NCBI GenBank assembly: GCA_965112735.1
Contig: OZ218963.1
Span: forward strand, 2,728,001 to 2,792,000
Length of the DNA: 64,000 nt
Source: Phaeosaccion multiseriatum
Taxonomy: Eukaryota > Protista > Ochrophyta, other classes
Reading direction: 5' to 3'
The position numbers were made by a program, and so were the translations under genes. Positions 60,504 through 64,000 of the stretch are shown here, in pieces; the stretch's first letter is position 1, and each line of letters opens with the position of its first letter. The notes beneath the pieces are model-generated. The model did not search any database, was not told where the DNA came from, and saw only the letters and a list, made by a program, of their open reading frames with translations.

Positions 60504-63500
60504 ATGCCGGCCCCAGATGGACTGGGAAAAGGAGGAGGGGAAGAATGGGAAGCGGCAGCAGCAGGCGACGCGAGTACGGCGATTGAAGAGGCCATTCAGA
60601 GAGACGTGAAGCCGTGGCTCAACCTGGTGGACGATCTCTCGCACCTCACCCACGACGCAGAGATGTCCATCCCACAGGCAAGAGCTATTTATTACCGATG
60701 ACAGATGGTTGGTCATATATTTTGAGCGAAGAAGCGGATAGAGTACTGTGGACAGGGCAACATGCCTATCTGTACCACCGCGTGTTGTTCCCCCACCTCA
60801 TTTCTCCCTACTGTTTCACACTGCTCCGGGAAGATCTGCGTCATGGGCGACCAGTCCAGCGGGAAATCGTCCGTCCTGGAGGCCTTGTCCGGTATCCCCT
60901 TCCCTCGCGGGTCGGGCCTTGTGACGCGTTGCCCCATCCGCCTCAGCATGAAGACGGCGGTCAAGGGGAGCACATGGCACGCCCTGGCGCACATAAGCGG
61001 CAGGCCGACAGAGACGTACACGGCGCGGTGAGTGGCCAAGCGAGGGGTGTGTATGCACTTGCATTTCCCCAGCGTCTCTGTACTCCTGAGCATCCTCCTC
61101 CTCCACTCGGAAACACCTCCCGTTCCTCCTTCCCCCCCCCCCCCACCGCAGCACCCCTCCCGAGCTGACGGCTCTGTTGGAGCGGCTCACCAACTCGCTC
61201 ACCATGTCCACGTCATACTTCTCCACGGAGACTATCAACGTGAAGCTCACCTCCCCGCAAGTGCCCGACCTCACCGTGGTGGACCTCCCGGGCATTGTCC
61301 GTACTGCCACGGCAGGACAGGACCCAAGAGTAATCTCGCAGGTCAGGGCTGGCGGCAGCAGGCAGCAGGCAGCAGGCAGCAGGACACGGCGTCAAGTAGC
61401 CTCGGATTCTCTCTTGCTTTTTTTTTTCATCCCTCGACTCCTTTGCTTGCTCACCCCTCATCCCCTTCGGTTGGTTAAAGAGAAGATTTTTGCCTCTCTT
61501 CTGTCCGTCAATACCAACTCGCAGCGCTCTTTTTGTTGTCCATCCCTCTCGCACTCCTCTGCCCTCCCCTCCCCTCCCCAGGTGAACTCTCTGATCGAGT
61601 CTTTCCTGGTGCAGGAACGGACCATCATCCTGTGCGTGGTGCCCGCCAATCAGGACATCGCCACCGTTGACATTTTGGAAAGGGCGCAGCGCGTCGACCC
61701 CGCGGGGGAGCGCACCATCGGCGTGCTGACCAAGCCCGACCTCATCGGACCGGGCAACGAGGATGAGGTGCTCGCCGTGCTGCACAACGTGCGGAAACCA
61801 CTGCAGCTGGTGAGTGAGTGATTGAGTGAGTGGGTGAGTGGGTTGAGTGAGTGAGTGAGTGAGTGGAGTGAGTGAGTGAGTGAGTGAGTGAGTGAGGGAG
61901 TGGAGTGAGTGAGTGAGTGGAGTCAGTGATTGAGTGAAGTGAGCTGACTGATGGGGTGAGTGAGTGAGTGAGTTAGTGATTGAGTGAGTGAGGAGTGAGT
62001 GAGTGAGTGAGTGAGTGAGTGAGTGAGTGAGTGAGTGAGTGAGTGAGTGAGTGAGTGAGTGAGTGAGAAGGCAGGGCGGCGGGGCCAAGGCAACAGGAGG
62101 GGGGGAATGGGTTGCCACCTTCGAGGTCCGGAAAGTACCCCACGCATTACTACTCGACGTTGAATATGCTGGTGGGTTTGACTTGCCTCTCTCACACTTG
62201 TCTAAGCTGTCAATCCGAAACCACCCAGTGGGACCATGTCCGCCTTTCGTCGCTTGCCAACCCACCCACCCATCCCCTCTCTTCCTGCCTCCGTCTACGC
62301 GGCGCAGGGCTACGTGATGGTAAAGAACCGCAACCAATCTGAGCTCAGCTCAGGGGTGTCCAACCGAGAAGCGCGGCGGATCGAGGCCAACTTCTTCCAA
62401 CAACACCCCAGCTTCAAGGCGTGCGACTCCAAGCTGTTCGGCGTGGAGAACCTCACCAATAGACTCACGCAGCTGCTGGTGGGGCGGATACAGCACGAGC
62501 TGACGCCCATGAAGGCGGAGGTGGAGAGGGCTCTCGCAGGGGTACGTTTGTGCGTATGTGCGTGTGTGCAGCTCTTGTTCCACCTGGGGGCTGCTCTGTC
62601 TCTGTCTCTGTTGGCTCTGGCTCTGTCTCTGACTCTGTCATTGCGTTTGTTCATTGCGGGAAAAGATGTGAAGGAGGTTTGAGACCGTTTGATTTCTCTG
62701 TTTTGGCGTCCCTTCCGAGCAGGTACGGGCAGAGCTCAAGTCTCTGGCGGGGGTGGGCAGCACCAAGAGCAGCATCGACAGGCAGAAGACGCTCGTGACC
62801 ATCACGCAAGAGTTAAGCTGAAGCTGAGCTTCGGACCAAGTGGAAAGGATCGGTGTACTCAGCTCTCTCTGTCTCTGTCGCCTCTCCTCCTCTTACGCGG
62901 AGTCTCCGTTGCATGCTCTGTGCCCACTGATGCCCCATGCCCGTAGGTATGTGCGCCATCTGAACAGCGTGGTCCAAGGCGAGTACCGAGATCGCATCAT
63001 CGTTGTGCACCCCCAGCTGCGCCTGTACACGAGGGCGCTCAACGTGTTCGACGCGCTCAAGGCCAAGATCGAGAACACGGCGCCCAAGTTCAAGGACGAC
63101 AACTTCGTGCAGGTCAGAAGGAAGGAGGAGAGCACGCATGGCTTTCGCCCCTCCCAAGCCGAAGCGAAGGGGGGGGACGAGCTAACCACCGTCTTTTGCC
63201 TTTTCTCTCTCCTTCGTCTCTTCCATGAATAGATTTTGGCCTCCCAGATGGACTCCCTACGCGGGCGAGAGTTGCCGGGCTTCATGTCAGCGCAGTCCTT
63301 CTACATGTTCATGGCGCAGTACGTGGAGGCGTGGAGAGACCCCGCCCGGTGAGAGCCTCGTGCAGAAACTTTGCCCTCTCCCTCCCGTCCAATATGTACG
63401 CACCCACCCACTGCGTCCTATCTCTGCTCGCCCTTTGCGCTTCTGTTCCCTCTCACCCGATTCCCCCTCGATCCCCCGTACGCTCGCCTCTACGCCCTTC

Positions 63501-64000
63501 CCCTCTTGATTGCCCCCCATTGATGTACTCCCCTGCTCCTCTTGATTGTGCCTCATTGCTGTACGCCGCCTGCACCCATAGTGTGGCGTGTGCAGAGATC
63601 CGGTCCCTCACGCTGGAGGTGGCATCAAAGCTGCTGGAGGTGCTGGTGGTGACTTATCCGCAGCTCAGAGAGGCGGTGCGAGGCTCAGCAGGCAGAGTAC
63701 TCGAGAGAGTCTACCACGAGGCTCTTGAGGTTGGTGTGGGTGGGTGTGTGGGTGTGGGTATGTCCGTGGGTTTGGGTTTCTTTCCACGCACGTGCCGTCC
63801 AATCCATCGGCTTCTGCACGACTCAAGAGGAAGGCAGAGCACTCTACATGGATATGGAGGCAGAGCACTCTTTATCTCAGCCCCTCTCCTACCACTCCTG
63901 CTAGGCACTGGACGACCTGCTACTGAAGGAGAAGGACCCCTTCACCATCAACGACTTTCTGGAGCAGCACATCAACAAGCTCCGCTATGACCGCTTCGAG
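60504..64000 (+). CDS. Mx-like dynamin-family GTPase (runs off the window end)
   Basis: [46 protein letters not shown]. Confidence 0.93.
61810..62066. repeat. (GTGA)n intronic microsatellite
   Basis: Direct observation. Confidence 0.95.

Overview
Eukaryotic, GC-rich, intron-containing DNA (a protist or alga, probably a stramenopile; the taxon is inferred) with two compartments. (1) 1-33.0 kb is a deeply nested transposon stack. It holds two large minus-strand Ty3/Gypsy chromoviruses: family A (406-27930) and family D (5225-18905), the latter inserted in A's RT with a CTTA TSD. Both encode gag(CCHC)-protease-RT-RNase H-[DEDDy 3'-5' exonuclease]-[unknown ~100 aa domain]-integrase-chromodomain. 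Families A and B have no tRNA primer site; their PBS is complementary to their own LTR (Tf1-like self-priming). Nested inside are non-autonomous elements. Family B has 224-bp LTRs, and one copy ends in an extra inverted LTR. Families C and E are tiny TG..CA elements whose 89-92 bp terminal units are hairpin palindromes; full-length C is a ~600-bp fold-back with 4-bp TSDs, flip/flop loops and Pol III B-box-like motifs. A gag/LTR remnant (family F) and a hAT remnant close the stack. (2) 33.3-64 kb holds ordinary spliced host genes: UPRT, a G-patch/zinc-finger protein, LENG8/THP3-like, a nucleotide-sugar transporter, thioredoxin, PEX26/APEM9-like, a membrane protein, eIF3h, a receptor-like TKL kinase and an Mx/dynamin-like GTPase. 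The best candidates for an undescribed system are the exonuclease-carrying, self-priming chromoviruses and their palindromic-LTR mini-parasites. Family letters are my own labels, and host-gene exon boundaries are approximate.
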